The notes beneath the pieces are model-generated. The model did no database searches, had not been told where the DNA came from, and saw only the letters and a list, made by a program, of their open reading frames with translations. DNA of 64,000 nucleotides from positions 44,332 through 108,331 of the forward strand of contig CANHTA010000001.1 of NCBI GenBank assembly GCA_947463135.1, in the 5' to 3' direction. Within the stretch, counting starts at the first letter, position 1; every line of letters begins with the position of its first letter. Positions 46,797 to 56,986 of the stretch are shown here, piece after piece. Source of the stretch: Gemmatimonadota bacterium (GTDB taxonomy: Bacteria; Gemmatimonadota; Gemmatimonadetes; Gemmatimonadales; Gemmatimonadaceae). The position numbers and the translations under genes are program-made.

Positions 46797-47207
46797 ATGA
46801 AGCTTATCATCGCCATCATCCGCCCGGAGAAACTGGCGGACGTCAAACGAGCGCTCTTTCAGGTCGGCGTGACCGGCATGACGCTGTCCCGCGTGAGCGG
46901 CCACGGCGGAGAGCGCGACGTGGTGCAGCAATATCGCGGTGAATCCGTGGTGCTCGAGTTCCACGAAAAAGTCCGCATTGAGATGGCCTGTTCAGAGGAG
47001 TATGTCGAACGGACTATTGAGGCGATCTGCGCCGGGGCTCGCACCGGGGACGTCGGGGATGGCAAGATCTTTGTCATGCCCCTGGATCATACGGTGCGCA
47101 TCCGCACCGGCGAGCGCGATAACTCGGCGCTCACGGCGGTGAACGCCGACGAGGTCATGCGGCAGACGCAGCGTGAAATGCAGGACCCGGTTGAGGGGCA
47201 CGCGTAA
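46797..47207 (+). CDS. glnK: P-II nitrogen regulatory protein (atypical T-loop, C-terminal extension)
   Basis: Motifs MKLIIAIIRPEKL, GMT, YRG, GDGKIF and VRIRTGE. Directly upstream of amtB. Confidence 0.9.
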   Translation: MKLIIAIIRPEKLADVKRALFQVGVTGMTLSRVSGHGGERDVVQQYRGESVVLEFHEKVRIEMACSEEYVERTIEAICAGARTGDVGDGKIFVMPLDHTVRIRTGERDNSALTAVNADEVMRQTQREMQDPVEGHA

Positions 47208-48535
47208 TGCAAGCGCCACCGATTTCCTCGGGCGATACGGCGTGGGTGCTCATCGCCACGGCCTTGGTGTTGCTCATGGTCCCCGGGCTGGCCTTCTTCT
47301 ACGGCGGTTTGGTGCGCAGCAAAAGCGCGCTGAACACGATGTTGATGAGCCTCGGGGCGTTGGCGCTGGTGACGGTGCAGTGGGTGTTGTTCGGGTACAG
47401 TCTCGCGTTTGGCCCGGGTTCGCACTGGATTGGCGGCTTTGCCCACCTTGGCTTCAGCGGGGTGACGTCGGCACCCAATCCGACCTACGCGCAGGCGCTC
47501 CCCCATGTGCTCTTTGCGGCGTTCCAGGCGATGTTCGCCGGCATTTCGGTGGCCCTCTTCTCCGGCGCGATTATCGATCGCATGCGGTTTGTCGCCTATC
47601 TCACCTTTGGACTGCTGTGGACCACGCTGGTGTATGACCCACTGGCGCATTGGGTGTGGGGCGATGGCGGGTGGCTCCGCACCCTCGGGGCGCTCGACTT
47701 CGCCGGTGGCACGGTGGTGCATATCAGTGCCGGTGTGACGGCACTCGTGCTGGCCAAGGTGTTGGGCCCGCGCCGCGACTTCAAGCGTATTCCTACGGTG
47801 CCGCACAACGTGCCCTTCGCGCTCTTGGGCGCGGGGCTGCTGTGGTTTGGCTGGTTTGGCTTCAACGCCGGGTCGGCGCTTGCGGCCGACGGCATTGCGG
47901 CCAACGCACTCCTCACCACCCACGCCGGGGCCGCGGCAGGCTTGCTCACCTGGTTACTGCTTGAGCTGTACAAGAGCGGTCGAGCCACGGCCGTGGGCGC
48001 CGCCACCGGTGCCGTGGTCGGTCTCGTGGCGATCACCCCGGCCGCCGGGTTTGTGACGCCCATGGCAGCGCTGCTCATCGGTGTGCTGTCCGCGCCCGTG
48101 TCCTTTTGGGTATTGCATTATCGTGCCAACACCTCGCTCGATGACACGCTCGATGTGTTCGCCTGTCATGGTGTAGCCGGCATTATGGGGGCGGTGCTTA
48201 CGGGGGTCTTTGCCTCGAAGGCGGTGAACCCGATTGGCGCCGATGGCCTGCTACAGGGCAACCCTGCGCTGGTGGGTATTCAGCTGCTGGCGGTGGTGGC
48301 CACGATTGCGTTTGCCGGAACCGCCAGCTTCGGTATTCTGCGCCTGCTCAAGGCGGTGATGCCACTTCGCATACGGGTCGACGCGGAAGTACAGGGCATC
48401 GATCTCGCAGAGCACGGCGAAGAGGCGTATCACGGCAGTGACTTGAGCGACCTCACCGGTCGGCGAACCGCGCTGGGCGACGCCGTGGTGTTGTCGGCGA
48501 GCGAGATGCGGGGGTCGGCGGTGCGGCGGGCGTAA
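47207..48535 (+). CDS. amtB: ammonium transporter
   Basis: Motifs GDTAWVL, PGLAFFYGG, DFAGGTVVHISAG, WFGWFGFNAGS and DDTLDVFACHG. Confidence 0.95.
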   Translation: MQAPPISSGDTAWVLIATALVLLMVPGLAFFYGGLVRSKSALNTMLMSLGALALVTVQWVLFGYSLAFGPGSHWIGGFAHLGFSGVTSAPNPTYAQALPHVLFAAFQAMFAGISVALFSGAIIDRMRFVAYLTFGLLWTTLVYDPLAHWVWGDGGWLRTLGALDFAGGTVVHISAGVTALVLAKVLGPRRDFKRIPTVPHNVPFALLGAGLLWFGWFGFNAGSALAADGIAANALLTTHAGAAAGLLTWLLLELYKSGRATAVGAATGAVVGLVAITPAAGFVTPMAALLIGVLSAPVSFWVLHYRANTSLDDTLDVFACHGVAGIMGAVLTGVFASKAVNPIGADGLLQGNPALVGIQLLAVVATIAFAGTASFGILRLLKAVMPLRIRVDAEVQGIDLAEHGEEAYHGSDLSDLTGRRTALGDAVVLSASEMRGSAVRRA

Positions 48536-48549
48536 CGCATGCCGTAACT

Positions 48550-48665
48550 GCCAACGGCTCAGGGGGCAGTAAGGAGGGGGTCAGGAAGGAGGAGGCAGGA
48601 CAGCCGCGCCGTCCACCTGCCTCCTCCTCCCTGACCCCCTCCCCCCTGCCTCCTAAGCCCTTGGC
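48550..48665. repeat. ~116-bp intergenic palindromic element, copy B
   Basis: gccaa.ggctcagggggcag..ggagggggtcagg..ggaggaggcagg / cctgcctcctcct..cctgaccccctcc..ctgcc..ctaagcc.ttggc. Confidence 0.8.
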
Positions 48666-48683
48666 AGTTCTCAGAAAAAACAA

Positions 48684-48716
48684 ACGGGGCGCTCACCCTT
48701 GTGGTGAGCGCCCCGT
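48684..48716 (-). terminator. intrinsic terminator
   Basis: 14-bp stem acggggcgctcacc / ggtgagcgccccgt, followed on the minus strand by ttgtttttt. Confidence 0.85.
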
Positions 48717-48736
48717 GCACAACACGAACTCCCGGC

Positions 48737-48892
48737 TCAGGCCTTCTTCCGATCCTGCAGCCAAGTGAGGGGGATCATAAACAGCGGGGACAGGAACAGC
48801 CCCAGCAGGATGTTGATCCAGATCAGCGCCATGTAATAGGCGGTCATTCCAAACGAGGCCCAGATGGTGCCCAGCGTGCCGTGTGATTCCAC
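48737..48892 (-). CDS. small membrane protein, 51 aa
   Basis: GGAG lies 7 nt before GTG 48892. Sequence MESHGTLGTIWASFGMTAYYMALIWINILLGLFLSPLFMIPLTWLQDRKKA has a hydrophobic core and basic tail. Followed by its own terminator. Confidence 0.65.
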   Translation of the reverse strand: MESHGTLGTIWASFGMTAYYMALIWINILLGLFLSPLFMIPLTWLQDRKKA

Positions 48893-49026
48893 AGTCTGTC
48901 TCCAAAAGCGATTAGTGCCGTGCACACGGCCGCGTGTGATCAGCAAGTGACAAAAAGTTTAAGCGAATCCGTGTCGGGAAGGTAGGGGTGGTTGACGCGC
49001 CGACGCCGGTCGACCATCTGTGCAGG

Positions 49027-50415
49027 ATGTCCGAACCGTCCCTCTTTTCGGCAGAGGCGCTCCTGCGGGCGTCGCTGGAGGTCGCCCTCGCGCCCGTGAC
49101 CGGGCCGCTCATTGTGGCGGTGTCCGGCGGTCGCGATTCCATGGTGCTCCTGCAGGCCATGGCACGGTGGGCCCCCGACCGCATTGCCGCCGTCGCCACC
49201 TTCGATCATGGCACGGGCCCGCACGCCACCGAGGCGGCTTCGCTGGTGGCGGCGGAGTCCCGCCGGCTGGGGCTCACGGTGGTCCGCGAGCGTTCGAGAA
49301 CGCCGGGGCACAGTGAGGCCGCGTGGCGCACCGCGCGGTGGGACTTTCTCCATCGGATCGCCCGGGCGTACCGTGCGCGGGTCGCCACCGCCCACACGCG
49401 AGATGACCAGCTGGAAACCGTCGTGATGCGACTGCTCCGCGGGGCTGGCGCGCGCGGGCTGGCGGCGTTGGCTGCGTCGTCACCGGTTGTCCGGCCGTGG
49501 CTTGGGGTGTCGCGCGCCGAGCTGGCCCGCTGGGCGGTGCTGGAGAAGGTCGCCTACCTCGACGATCCGATGAACGCGTCACGGGCCTACCTCCGGGGTC
49601 GCGTCCGCCATGAGCTCCTGCCGGCGCTGGAAGCCGCGACTCCGGGGTTTTCTGACCAGATGGTGGCCTTGGCCGACCAGGCGGCGGCCTGGCGCCGAGA
49701 CGTGGAGCGGCACGTCGATACGCTGGGGCTTACGGTGTCCGCGTCGCTCACGCGGGTCTCCTGTCCCACCGCGGCGCTCACGTCCACGTCTCCCGAAGGA
49801 CGGCGCGTCCTCTGGCCCGCGATCTGCGCCCGCGCCGGTGTCACCCTCGACGCGAAAGGAACTCACGCGCTCGAAACGTTTACTACGCACGGACGGGTTG
49901 GTACGAGCCTTCGGGTGTCCGGCGGATCAGTGGTGCTGCGCCGACGGGCAACGGCGGCTGAACCACCCGGTGAACGGTTTGAGGTGCGCCGGGCGTCGCG
50001 CCGCGCCGCAGGTGGCGCCTCCCCGGTGGCGTTGGGGGTGTGGTCTGGGGTGTGGGAAGCGTTGCCGGCGCGGGTTGGTCGGTTTCGGTGGCACCGGCTG
50101 CTCACGGCGGCGCCGGTGGGTGACGCGGCGCCGAACGACCTGTGGATGATGGGCTTGCCGCGCGGCGAACAGGTGTCGCTGCGCGTCTGGACCGCGGGAG
50201 ACCGCATCCGGACGGCTGGTGCTCCAGCAGGGAGGCGCGTAACACGATATCTTTCAGAGGTGCAGGTGCCCGTATTGGATCGGCCCACGTGGCCGGTGCT
50301 GCTCGTGGACCACGAGCCCGTATGGGTCCCCGGTGTTTGCCGTGCTATCGCGGCACCGTCCCGACCCGGTCGGTCGGAGTTGATCTGGTACCGCTGTGAG
50401 CCTGAGTGTGACTGA
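49027..50415 (+). CDS. tilS: tRNA(Ile)-lysidine synthetase
   Basis: Motifs [23 protein letters not shown]...RG, DDPMN and C-terminal W..GDRI. Confidence 0.88.
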   Translation: MSEPSLFSAEALLRASLEVALAPVTGPLIVAVSGGRDSMVLLQAMARWAPDRIAAVATFDHGTGPHATEAASLVAAESRRLGLTVVRERSRTPGHSEAAWRTARWDFLHRIARAYRARVATAHTRDDQLETVVMRLLRGAGARGLAALAASSPVVRPWLGVSRAELARWAVLEKVAYLDDPMNASRAYLRGRVRHELLPALEAATPGFSDQMVALADQAAAWRRDVERHVDTLGLTVSASLTRVSCPTAALTSTSPEGRRVLWPAICARAGVTLDAKGTHALETFTTHGRVGTSLRVSGGSVVLRRRATAAEPPGERFEVRRASRRAAGGASPVALGVWSGVWEALPARVGRFRWHRLLTAAPVGDAAPNDLWMMGLPRGEQVSLRVWTAGDRIRTAGAPAGRRVTRYLSEVQVPVLDRPTWPVLLVDHEPVWVPGVCRAIAAPSRPGRSELIWYRCEPECD

Positions 50416-50971
50416 GCACATCCAGCCTGTAACCGACGATCCTCGCCTTGACGGGCGGGCGGTCCGTCGCATCGTGTACAGCGGTGACGTTATCGCGACC
50501 CGCGTGCAGGAGCTGGGCGCAGCGATCACGGCGGCATATCCTGATGGCGACCTGCTCGTCCTTGGTCTGCTGAAGGGGAGCTTTATCTTTCTGAGTGATC
50601 TGGTGCGCCACATCGCGCGCCCGTTGCAGGTTGACTTCCTCGTGGCGTCATCCTACGGCGATGCGATGGAGTCGAGCGGGGTGGTGCGACTCCTCTACGA
50701 TCCGGAAACGGAACTTGAGGGGAAACACATTCTGTTAGTAGAGGACATCGTGGACTCCGGCCGTACGCTTAATCGGCTCGTCGAGCTGTTGGGTGACCGG
50801 AAGCCGCGTTCGCTGGAAATCTGTGCGTTACTGCATAAGCATATCGCCACGGAGCTCCATCATCCCACGCGGTTCATCGGGTTCGATGCGCCGCACGAAT
50901 TCTTGGTTGGCTACGGCTTGGATCATGCCGAGAACTTTCGGCACCTCCCGTATGTCGCCAGTCTGCAGTAA
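50396..50971 (+). CDS. hpt: hypoxanthine phosphoribosyltransferase
   Basis: Motifs [21 protein letters not shown] and FLVGYGLD. Confidence 0.95.
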   Translation: MSLSVTEHIQPVTDDPRLDGRAVRRIVYSGDVIATRVQELGAAITAAYPDGDLLVLGLLKGSFIFLSDLVRHIARPLQVDFLVASSYGDAMESSGVVRLLYDPETELEGKHILLVEDIVDSGRTLNRLVELLGDRKPRSLEICALLHKHIATELHHPTRFIGFDAPHEFLVGYGLDHAENFRHLPYVASLQ

Positions 50972-50983
50972 GGCGGTCACCCT

Positions 50984-52969
50984 ATGGCACCAAATATGAC
51001 GCCCTCGCCCAAGAAGCCACAGAATTGGGGTCGCATCTCCAAGAATGTGTCGTTCTGGATTCTGGTGATCCTGATTCCAGTCGCCTTCCTCACCTACGGA
51101 AGCGGGCGCGAAGCGCAAGCGCCGGAGATCGATTTCAGCGCGTACAAACAGCAGCTGGAAGTCGGCAATATCAAATCGGCCATCTTCCAGACCGACAACT
51201 TGCTTGCCGGGCAGTTCAACCAGCCGGTGCGGGTCAACAATCGCGAAGCCCGGAAGTTCGTGACGCGGCTGGTGCCCGGCTCGGCGGCGGAAGAGCAGAA
51301 GCTGCTCTACGCTCGTGGCGTTCGCACCTCGGCCGCTGAACCGCGCGCCAACTTCGGCAGTCTTCTCGTCACCATTCTGCCCTACGTCCTGCTCATCGGC
51401 TTCTGGATCTTCCTGTTCCGCCAGATGCAATCCGGCGGCAATAAGGCGTTCTCGTTCGGCAAGAGCAAGGCGAAGCTGCTGAGCGGTGATACGCCGAAAA
51501 TCACCTTTGCCGACGTGGCGGGTGCCGACGAAGCGAAGGTGGAGCTTCAGGAAATCATCGAGTTCCTGAAGGACCCGCAGAAGTTCACCAAGCTCGGCGG
51601 ACGTTTGCCCAAGGGGGCCCTGCTGGTGGGTCCGCCGGGTACCGGCAAAACCCTGCTGGCCAAGGCGGTCGCCGGGGAAGCGGCGCGTCCCTTCTTCTCC
51701 ATGTCAGGCTCCGACTTCGTGGAAATGTTCGTCGGCGTGGGCGCTTCACGGGTGCGCGACCTGTTCGAGCAAGGGAAGGCGCATGCGCCATGCATCATTT
51801 TCATCGACGAAATCGACGCCGTCGGTCGTCATCGTGGCTCCGGGATGGGTGGTGGCCACGATGAGCGTGAGCAGACACTCAACCAACTCCTCGTGGAGAT
51901 GGACGGGTTTGAGTCCAACGATGGCGTGATTCTCATCGCGGCCACCAATCGCCCGGATGTGCTCGACCCCGCCTTGTTGCGTCCGGGCCGCTTCGACCGG
52001 CAGATCGTGGTTGATGCGCCGGATCTCCGTGGTCGCGAGGGCATCCTCAAGGTGCACCTGCGCAATAAGCCGCAGGCCGATGATGTGAGCGTGCATTCAC
52101 TCGCCCGTGGCACCCCGGGGATGGCCGGTGCCGACCTCGCCAATCTCGTGAACGAAGGCGCGTTGCTCGCGGCCCGGAAGGGGCACGACAAGATCTTCAT
52201 GAGCGATCTCGAAGAGGCGAAGGACCGCGTCATGTTGGGCGCTGAACGCAAGTCGCTGGTGATGAAGGAAGACGAGCGTCGGCTCACGGCCTTCCACGAA
52301 GCCGGCCATGCGGTGTGCGCGATGATGGTCTATGGCAACGATCCGCTGCACAAAGTCACCATCGTGCCGCGCGGCCGTGCCCTCGGCATCGCCTTCACCC
52401 TCCCCGAGGATGACCGCGTGTCGGTCACGCGTGAACAACTCGAGGCGAGGCTCGTGATGGCCTACGGCGGGCGTGCGGCCGAGGAAATCGTGTTCGGACA
52501 CAATCGGGTCACCACGGGCGCGGCCAGCGATATCCAGCAGGCCACCAGCATCGCCCGTCGCTACGTCACGCAGTGGGGCCTGTCCGATACCATCGGACCG
52601 ATCCTGGTTGGGGACGTCGAGCAGGAGCTCTTCCTCGGTCGTGACATTCAGTCGCGTCGGGAAGTGTCTGAGCAAACGGCGCAACTGGTGGATTCCGAGG
52701 TCAAGCGCGTTGCCTTCGAGGCGCATGCCCGGGCGGTCGCGGTGCTCACGGAGCACCGGTCGTTGCTCGACATTGTTGCCACGCAGTTGCTCGAGCGCGA
52801 GACGCTCACGCGTGATGACATCCTGTTGCTCAAGGCCGGCAAGGAGCTCCCGCCGCGCCTGCCCCCCGACATGCCGATGACGCCACAGTCACTCGCGACG
52901 CCAGCGTCGCCGGTGGCGCGTCCCGTGGTGCCGCCCCTGTTGGGTGGTCCGGAGATCGCCCCTGCATAA
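50984..52969 (+). CDS. ftsH: ATP-dependent zinc metalloprotease
   Basis: Two TMs, [25 protein letters not shown] and HEAGH. Confidence 0.97.
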   Translation: MAPNMTPSPKKPQNWGRISKNVSFWILVILIPVAFLTYGSGREAQAPEIDFSAYKQQLEVGNIKSAIFQTDNLLAGQFNQPVRVNNREARKFVTRLVPGSAAEEQKLLYARGVRTSAAEPRANFGSLLVTILPYVLLIGFWIFLFRQMQSGGNKAFSFGKSKAKLLSGDTPKITFADVAGADEAKVELQEIIEFLKDPQKFTKLGGRLPKGALLVGPPGTGKTLLAKAVAGEAARPFFSMSGSDFVEMFVGVGASRVRDLFEQGKAHAPCIIFIDEIDAVGRHRGSGMGGGHDEREQTLNQLLVEMDGFESNDGVILIAATNRPDVLDPALLRPGRFDRQIVVDAPDLRGREGILKVHLRNKPQADDVSVHSLARGTPGMAGADLANLVNEGALLAARKGHDKIFMSDLEEAKDRVMLGAERKSLVMKEDERRLTAFHEAGHAVCAMMVYGNDPLHKVTIVPRGRALGIAFTLPEDDRVSVTREQLEARLVMAYGGRAAEEIVFGHNRVTTGAASDIQQATSIARRYVTQWGLSDTIGPILVGDVEQELFLGRDIQSRREVSEQTAQLVDSEVKRVAFEAHARAVAVLTEHRSLLDIVATQLLERETLTRDDILLLKAGKELPPRLPPDMPMTPQSLATPASPVARPVVPPLLGGPEIAPA

Positions 52970-52987
52970 CCGCGGCGCGCCTCCGGC

Positions 52988-53761
52988 GTGACGGAACTCA
53001 GCTCCGTGCAGCAGCTGCAGTTCACATGGCGCGACGGCCTCGACATTGGGGTCGTCGCGCTCGTGTTCTATCGCATCCTTCTGCGTATTCACGGGACGCG
53101 CGCCCTGCGCATGGTGGGTGGGGTAGCAGTGCTGGTGGCGGCGTACGCCTTCGCCTCGCTGCTACAGCTCACCATGATCACCTCCCTGTTGGGGGTGGTG
53201 TTCACCTATGGCGTCGTCGCACTGCTCATCATTTTTCAACCAGAGCTGCGAACTGCTCTCGCCCACCTCTGGCAGGCGCCCGCTACCCGGCGTCCCCCGC
53301 GCCCTGAACAGGGGCCCGTGGAAGACGACATCGCTGACGCCGTGGATCGGCTCTCCCGCTCTGGCGTGGGGGCCATCATTGCCATCGAACGCAATGTCTC
53401 GCTGGCGGACTACGTGGAGAGTGGCTCATCGCTACAGGCCCGGGTGTCCGCTGATCTGCTGGCCACCATCTTCACGCCGTACTCCCCGTTGCACGACGGT
53501 GCCGTCATCATTCGCGGTGACAGCATCGTGGGGGCCGGGTGCATTCTTCCACTTTCCCAGGGCGCCGTCGGGCACCGGTCGCTCGGCACACGCCACCGTG
53601 CCGCGTTAGGGCTGGCCGAAGAGACCGACGCCATCGTGATAGTGGTGTCTGAGGAAACCGCGCTGGTGTCGGTGGCGCGGGACGGCGCCCTGCAGCTGCG
53701 CCTGTCTCCGGTTCAGCTACGCGATTTGCTCGCGGCAGGTGTGGGGCCAACCGCACCGTGA
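52988..53761 (+). CDS. cdaA: membrane-bound diadenylate cyclase (CdaA/DacA)
   Basis: Three N-terminal TMs, IIFQPELR, HDGAVII (DGA) and LGTRHRAA (RHR). Confidence 0.92.
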   Translation: MTELSSVQQLQFTWRDGLDIGVVALVFYRILLRIHGTRALRMVGGVAVLVAAYAFASLLQLTMITSLLGVVFTYGVVALLIIFQPELRTALAHLWQAPATRRPPRPEQGPVEDDIADAVDRLSRSGVGAIIAIERNVSLADYVESGSSLQARVSADLLATIFTPYSPLHDGAVIIRGDSIVGAGCILPLSQGAVGHRSLGTRHRAALGLAEETDAIVIVVSEETALVSVARDGALQLRLSPVQLRDLLAAGVGPTAP

Positions 53762-55617
53762 CGCCGCCGTCCGTCCCGATACGGCCGCGCTTCGTTCTCC
53801 CGCCAGCGGTGGTTGCCCCGGTCGTCGCCACCGTCGTGCTGCTGTCGGCGTATCTCGCCACGGCAGCGCCGGATCTCACCGTGTGGGACGCCGCGGAACT
53901 GGTAACCGCCGCACGGACGCTTGGTATTCCGCATCCACCGGGCACGCCGCTGTGGGTGCTCATCGCCCATGTAGTGTCAAACCTGTTTGCCTCCACTGGC
54001 CCAGCCCGCTCGGTAACCATGTTGTCGGTGCTGGCCAGCGCCGGAGCGGGCGGGGTTGGGGCCTCGCTGCTGCAGCGATGGATCGGTGCGCGCGGGGCAG
54101 TTGTTGGCGCCGTGGTCGCCGGCACCATGACCACCGTGTGGAGCAGTGCCACGGAGACCGAAGTGTACGCCACGGCCTTGCTGTACTCGGCGCTGCTCCT
54201 GGCTGCGGGTGAGTATGCGGGTCGCGCCGGGGTGTCCGACCACCTCCGGCGCCGCGCCCGTGCGCTGCTGGTGTTTCTTGGGGCCGCGGCCATTCCATTG
54301 CATATGAGCGTGTTGGTCGCGATGCCGGCCGCCGTGGTGTTTGCCTGGGGTGGTCCGCGGGTGCGATGGCGCGACGTCGTGGGATGGGGCGCCCTCGCGT
54401 GGCTCGGTGTGTCGGCGGTGGCGGTGCTCCCCCTGCTATATGCGGCCGGACCTGAGTTGGCATCGGGTCACCCCGATTCGCTTCGGGCGCTCATGGCTGT
54501 GCTTCGGCGCGAACAGTACGATGTCGCCGGCCTGCTGCCACGGCTGGCGCCGTTCTGGCTGCAGGTGGCGAACGTGTTGCAATGGGCCGATTGGCAGGTG
54601 GCGTTCGGCGTGCATCCGTTCCCCACGCCATCGGTGCCGCGCACCCTGCTCACCCTGTCCTTTGTGTGGCTCGCGGCGTTGGGGTTACGTACCGTGTGGC
54701 GGCGAGACGCCAGGGCGGGGCGCGCCATGCTGATGCTGGTGCTGTCGGGTACGCTGGGGGTTGCCTGCTGGCTCAATCTGCGTGCCGGTCCCACCTTTGG
54801 CGGCACCTTCATCCCGGCGGGCGTGCTCCACGAAGCGCGCGAGCGTGACTACTTTTTCGCCTTGGGGTTTTGGGGATGGGGGCTGCTGGCGGGGGCTGGG
54901 CTGACCGCCATCGCCACGTCGTTTGCACGGCGTCTTCCCGCTCCGGTTGCCGCCTTGCCCCTGCTGTTGGGCGCGGTGCCGCTGGTGGCCAATCGCACCG
55001 TGATGGATCGCACACGCGAGCCCATTGCCACCATGCCACGGAACTACGCCCGTCTGTTACTCGATGCGGTGCCACCGCGCGGGGTTCTCTTCTCCGCCGG
55101 CGACAACGACAGCTTTCCGTTGTGGTATCTGCAGCAGGTTGAGGACTATCGGACCGACGTCACGGTGGTCACCGTCCCCCTGCTGGGCGCCACGTGGTAT
55201 CGCACGTCGCTCGCCTCGCGCCGGCTGCTCGCACCCGAAGCGGTTGGGCGTTGGATGGGTCTGGACGCCACGCTGCAGTCGGTGATGTCCCAAGCCCGGG
55301 AGTCCGGGCGCGAGATACGGGTGAGCACGTTGCTCTCGCGCGGCGATCGCCAGCGGATTGATCGATCACAGGCGTGGGCGTTGCAGGGTTTGGTGTACGC
55401 CGCAACGCCCGGATTGCACGGAGGAACCGCGCCGGGCGCGATTACGCTGGATGTCGCCGCGTTGGCCCGGGCGCGGGCGCAGCTCCCGCGGTCGGTGTTG
55501 GCCCCCCTTCCGGCTGGCGCCGATCCGGCGGTGGTGCAACTGCAAACGCTGTTACGCTGCACGCAAGTGCTCCGTCTCGACGATCCCTTACTTGTGTCGT
55601 CGTGCAATGCACCCTAA
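53758..55617 (+). CDS. DUF2723 polytopic membrane protein (GT-C-like)
   Basis: Motifs DAAEL..AA..LGIPHPPG.PL, ETEVY, RERDYFF and GDNDSFPLWYLQ.VE. Confidence 0.85.
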   Translation: MTPPSVPIRPRFVLPPAVVAPVVATVVLLSAYLATAAPDLTVWDAAELVTAARTLGIPHPPGTPLWVLIAHVVSNLFASTGPARSVTMLSVLASAGAGGVGASLLQRWIGARGAVVGAVVAGTMTTVWSSATETEVYATALLYSALLLAAGEYAGRAGVSDHLRRRARALLVFLGAAAIPLHMSVLVAMPAAVVFAWGGPRVRWRDVVGWGALAWLGVSAVAVLPLLYAAGPELASGHPDSLRALMAVLRREQYDVAGLLPRLAPFWLQVANVLQWADWQVAFGVHPFPTPSVPRTLLTLSFVWLAALGLRTVWRRDARAGRAMLMLVLSGTLGVACWLNLRAGPTFGGTFIPAGVLHEARERDYFFALGFWGWGLLAGAGLTAIATSFARRLPAPVAALPLLLGAVPLVANRTVMDRTREPIATMPRNYARLLLDAVPPRGVLFSAGDNDSFPLWYLQQVEDYRTDVTVVTVPLLGATWYRTSLASRRLLAPEAVGRWMGLDATLQSVMSQARESGREIRVSTLLSRGDRQRIDRSQAWALQGLVYAATPGLHGGTAPGAITLDVAALARARAQLPRSVLAPLPAGADPAVVQLQTLLRCTQVLRLDDPLLVSSCNAP

Positions 55618-55628
55618 CCTTATATGCT

Positions 55629-56312
55629 ATGCCAATTTCGGACCATGTCACATCGATGGTGGCGGAGGTTCGTGATCGCATCGCTGCGGCACGCGCACGG
55701 GGGGGGCACGCACAGGACGTCACCCTGATCGCGGTCACCAAAACCCATGGTCCCGACGCCGTTCTGGCGGCATGGGAGGCGGGCATCCGCGATGTGGGCG
55801 AGAACAAGGTGCAGGAAGCCGAGGCCAAGAGGGCGCTCGTTACGGTGCCGGTGCGTTGGCATCTGATTGGCCACCTGCAGCGCAACAAGGCAAAGCAGGC
55901 CGCAGCCTTTGACCTCGTCCACAGCCTCGACAGCGATCGACTGGCCGTTGCGCTGGATGAAGCGGCGGGGCAGGCCGGTCGTGTGCTCGAGGTGTTGGTG
56001 CAGGTCAATGTGAGTGGGGAGACCAGTAAGAGCGGCGTGGCGCCCCACGAACTTTCGGCGATGGCGGATCGCCTCCAGCTGTGCCGTCACCTTCGGGTAC
56101 GGGGGGTGATGACGATGGCGCCATTCGATGCCGAGGAATCCGTGTTGCGGGCGGTCTTTCGCGGGGCGCGGGATGCCCGAACGCAGTTGCAGGCGTCGGG
56201 CTTCGCGGCGGAGTGGCTCAGTATGGGGATGTCGGGCGACTATGAAGTGGCCGTCGAAGAGGGCGCCACGCACGTTCGTCTGGGCACCGTGCTCTTTGGC
56301 GGTCGGACCTGA
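55629..56312 (+). CDS. yggS: PLP homeostasis protein YggS/PROSC
   Basis: Motifs IAVTKTH, GENKVQE, WHLIGHLQRNK and LSMGMSGDY..A..EGAT.VRLGT.LFG. Confidence 0.95.
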   Translation: MPISDHVTSMVAEVRDRIAAARARGGHAQDVTLIAVTKTHGPDAVLAAWEAGIRDVGENKVQEAEAKRALVTVPVRWHLIGHLQRNKAKQAAAFDLVHSLDSDRLAVALDEAAGQAGRVLEVLVQVNVSGETSKSGVAPHELSAMADRLQLCRHLRVRGVMTMAPFDAEESVLRAVFRGARDARTQLQASGFAAEWLSMGMSGDYEVAVEEGATHVRLGTVLFGGRT

Positions 56313-56329
56313 TTCATCCGGGAATTCGC

Positions 56330-56986
56330 ATGGTGGACGACAGCTTTGAAGGATTCCATCTCACGGCGCTCGACGCGAGACGCTTTGATTTTGGCCGCGA
56401 ATTCCGTGGCTATGATCGGGCGCGCGTTGACCAGTTCCGTGAGCAGGTGGCCGGAGAGCTGGAGCGCTTGACGCGCGCCTACCAGGAGCTCGAGCAGCAG
56501 ACGCGCTACGAGCACGAGCAGTTGCAGATGTTTCGCGATCGCGATGCGGCGCTCAACGAAGCGCTGATCGGTGCGCAGCAGTTGCGCACCGACATCAAGG
56601 CGCAGGCGGAGCGCGAGGCGCAGTTGATTGTACGTGAGGCGCAGGCCGAGGCGGACAAGCTCCTGCAGGGGGTGCGCGACGAGCTGCGCCGCAGTGAGGA
56701 AGAGGTGCATGCGCTCTGGCGCCGGCGTCGGAGCTACCTGGCGCAGCTGCGTCATCATCTCGAGCGGCAGCTCACTGAGTTGAACGCGGCGGAATCCGGT
56801 CCGCTTCCCGAGTACACCGAGCCACGCTCCCTCTCCGCCGCGCGCGCTGAGAGCGCCGAGGCACAGGAAGTCCACAGCGAGCCTGAACGCCTCCCTGAAC
56901 GCGTGCCCGAACGCCTCCCTGAACGCGTGCCCGAACGCCTCCCCTTCACGCCGCCGTGGCTCGCGGTGGTGGAGGATGAGCCATGA
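56330..56986 (+). CDS. DivIVA domain protein
   Basis: LTALD.RRFDF..EFRGYD...VD.F N-terminal motif followed by a long coiled coil. Confidence 0.85.
   Translation: MVDDSFEGFHLTALDARRFDFGREFRGYDRARVDQFREQVAGELERLTRAYQELEQQTRYEHEQLQMFRDRDAALNEALIGAQQLRTDIKAQAEREAQLIVREAQAEADKLLQGVRDELRRSEEEVHALWRRRRSYLAQLRHHLERQLTELNAAESGPLPEYTEPRSLSAARAESAEAQEVHSEPERLPERVPERLPERVPERLPFTPPWLAVVEDEP
56882..56944. repeat. 12-bp tandem repeat x5 encoding PERL/PERV
   Basis: cctgaacgcctc-cctgaacgcgtg-cccgaacgcctc-cctgaacgcgtg-cccgaacgcctc. Confidence 0.9.
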
